DNA of 63,349 bases, the filler included, from Moniliella sp. 'wahieum' (lineage: Eukaryota): assembly GCA_003971905.1 (NCBI GenBank). It is 3 parts of 3 records of this genome, joined end to end, with 100 filler letters (N's around TTAATTAATTAA, not from the genome) between each part and the next. Parts side by side here need not be neighbours in the genome. Positions count along the whole stretch, not along the records: positions 49,211 to 63,349 come from RSEE01000202.1; 2 more parts are not named here. One strand, written 5' to 3'. The notes beneath the pieces were generated by a model, which saw only the letters and a list, made by a program, of their open reading frames with translations, made no database searches and had not been told where the DNA came from. This document shows, in pieces, positions 61,356 to 63,349 of this stretch. Every line of letters starts with the position of its first letter. Positions within the stretch are counted from its first letter, which is position 1. A program made the position numbers and the translations under genes.

Positions 61356-62980
61356 ATGTCGTTCGCGCGGCTGCCCGCCGAGGTTGTCTGGCAAGTGGCC
61401 GAGACAGCGCACCTGGAGCCGTGCGATGTGGTCCGGCTGGCGTCGACGTGCAAGCGTATGTGTTGTTGCTGCTCCCGCTGTCCTGCGCCACAGACTGACC
61501 CTCACGTCTTTCGCTTGCGCTCTGCCCCGCAGGGCTGCACGCGTTTCTCTCGGGAACGACAGGCTTTGGCGCCGCATCGCCTGCCGGCTGCTGCACCTGC
61601 CCTTGTCGCCTCTGCTCCCGCTCCGAGACGCGACCTACGCCTGCGGCTTGGACACTGTTCCCCGCACATGGCAGGCACTGGTCATTGCCAACGAACTCCT
61701 CCACGCCCCCTTTGGCTGGAGTTTGTCTGGCACACCTCTCCGGCTTCCGCCTCCTTCTCCCTCTCCTTCTCCCGCACAGATGGACCCCATCAACCCTACC
61801 AACTCCTTTGTTCTCCGCCCGCTCGTCACCCGGTTGTGTTCGACGAGTGTGATGGTGAGGCGCCGCCCAAGGAGGGGATCAATATCGAGGTCCGGCCGCA
61901 GAGCAAGTACGGCGGGTTGAGCTTTCGCAGTACCCGGATAAACGTTCGACGAAGACGAGAAGCTGATGTTATATTGGGACGAGTCGCACAAGATTGTGTT
62001 GTATGCCTATGCCGCACCGGAAGATTGGACGTTTTGGGGGGCGATGTGGTCTCTGATGGTCCGTTGCTGAGTGTTTGGCGTCGGGGTACGTTGTTGTTTT
62101 GGTTGTCGTTGCGGCGGCTCTTGCTTGTTCATATTCTCGTTCTTGTTCCTCCCCCTCTTTCTTGATCCACGCCTGACCTTTCGCCACAGACAATCCTGAG
62201 AGCGATACCAACATATCTGTTATCGTTCACCATGGTGGTTCCGACTTGCAAGCCCAGGACGATGCGCACTGCGTTACGACCAATGATGCATATTTCTCAC
62301 CAAAGCTCAAGACCACCATCTTGGACATTCCCGGTGGGTTACTTTACCGGAAGTTGTTCTTATTGGGAATCCGATTCGCCCTGGTAGGAAATGACTGCTT
62401 GGTTGCTTGGTACGTCTTGTGCTCGCATGCGTGATGAAGGGAACCAGGATGATGGCAGTGGTCTGGTTTTGGTCTCTCTTTGTGGTGGCTCTAACGCGGT
62501 CTTCTTTGGTTGCCCACCTCCCCCCGCCTACCTCCCCCCCTCCCCAGTGGGCCGTCGGTTTATTACTATCATATGCCTGGAAAACAAACGGTTTCCATGT
62601 TCAATCTAACCACAGGCCAGGCCGTCGACTCACTTGTGCCTTTGGGTCTTACGCCCCGCATGCTCTTTTCCCACGATACGCTCAGCGATTCGAGCGACCC
62701 TACGATTAAGTGGACAGAATCATCCGACCTGGTTGCTCAAGATGTTAAGTCGGGCAAGGTCTAGCCTTATATTGGCATGTGATGTGTCCAGTGAAAACGC
62801 GGCTCAATTAGTACTGAGACAGGTATTTCCCCGCAAAATGGGACACTCCACGAAATGTCAGCCATCACAGTGTGCTGGGACCAAAATGTGGTGCCTGACG
62901 TTTGGTTAGGGTTACAAGGGCATGCCCACCCCACCCATTCAGGGTTGAGACAACTTTTGACTGGAAGACCACGGGAGTGA
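61356..62980 (+). CDS. F-box domain protein (3' end uncertain, 62764-62980)
   Basis: MSFARLPAEVVWQVAETAHLEPCDVVRLASTCK|RLHAFLSGNDRLWRRI; intron 61456-61532. Confidence 0.75.
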
Positions 62981-63051
62981 GTTAGTTTGAGTAGCCCAAG
63001 GCTGTAGCTATCCACCCCTACCACTCTCACTGTGATGCGACGCCTGGTCTT

Positions 63052-63324
63052 GGTGTGTCAGGCATGGTGGTGGTGAGGGGGTGAGGGTTAGGGTGGGGTG
63101 GGTGAGGGGGTGAGGGTTAGGGTGGGTGGGTGAGGGGGGTGAGGGTTAGGGTGGGTGGGTGAGGGGGTGAGGGTTAGTGGTGGGGTGGGTGTAACTTTTG
63201 AACGGGGCGTCGGATGGGAAAACGAGGGCATATGCTGCATAGAGCGGACGATTCGTAGCGAGCTATCGCCTCGGCATAACTCTCTCCCCTTCGGGTAGCT
63301 CGCTATCTACCCTCGGCCCTCCCC
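63052..63324 (+). repeat. Telomere-associated sequence shared with the contig B end
   Basis: G-rich (gggtgagggggtgagggttagggtg)n followed by the same core as 48950-49090. Confidence 0.9.
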
Positions 63325-63349
63325 TAGGGTTAGGGTTAGGGTTAGGGTT
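63325..63349 (+). repeat. Telomere (TTAGGG)n, end of contig C
   Basis: tagggttagggttagggttagggtt at the window end. Confidence 0.95.

Overview
Eukaryotic (fungal) genomic DNA, GC-rich, with short GT-AG introns and CTRAC/CTAAC branch points, TTAGGG telomeres and few introns per gene. A basidiomycete, possibly Ustilaginomycotina, is my inference only. The window is three contigs joined by artificial 100-bp N44-TTAATTAATTAA-N44 linkers: A 1-22136, B 22237-49110 and C 49211-63349. B and C both end in telomere repeats. Nearly every gene, including ribosomal proteins, has 1-bp indel frameshifts, so the assembly looks like unpolished long-read data and frameshifts alone are not evidence of pseudogenes. 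Contig A holds a 5'-truncated Rds1-like gene, a TPT-family transporter, an OPT transporter, an old yellow enzyme, uS17m and an Rrn5-like gene, followed by a near-identical repeat of 1082-7782. Contig B holds Pom33/TMEM33, tRNA-Gly(GCC), RPL10, a MetR-like bZIP, an LTR-less copia-derived Gag-RT-RNaseH gene, an AT-hook/PB1/zinc-knuckle protein with a histone H3 ARKSTGG motif, a PMI, a 2xAPSES-DDT-WHIM-PHD fusion, a truncated LRG1-like gene and subtelomeric repeats. Contig C holds an Fsy1-like fructose symporter, Gag-derived ORFs, ISC1, an F-box gene and the telomere. The best novelty candidates are the apparently domesticated copia gene, the APSES-ISWI-adaptor fusion and the H3K9-mimic protein. 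All family assignments come from motif recognition by eye; no searches were run.
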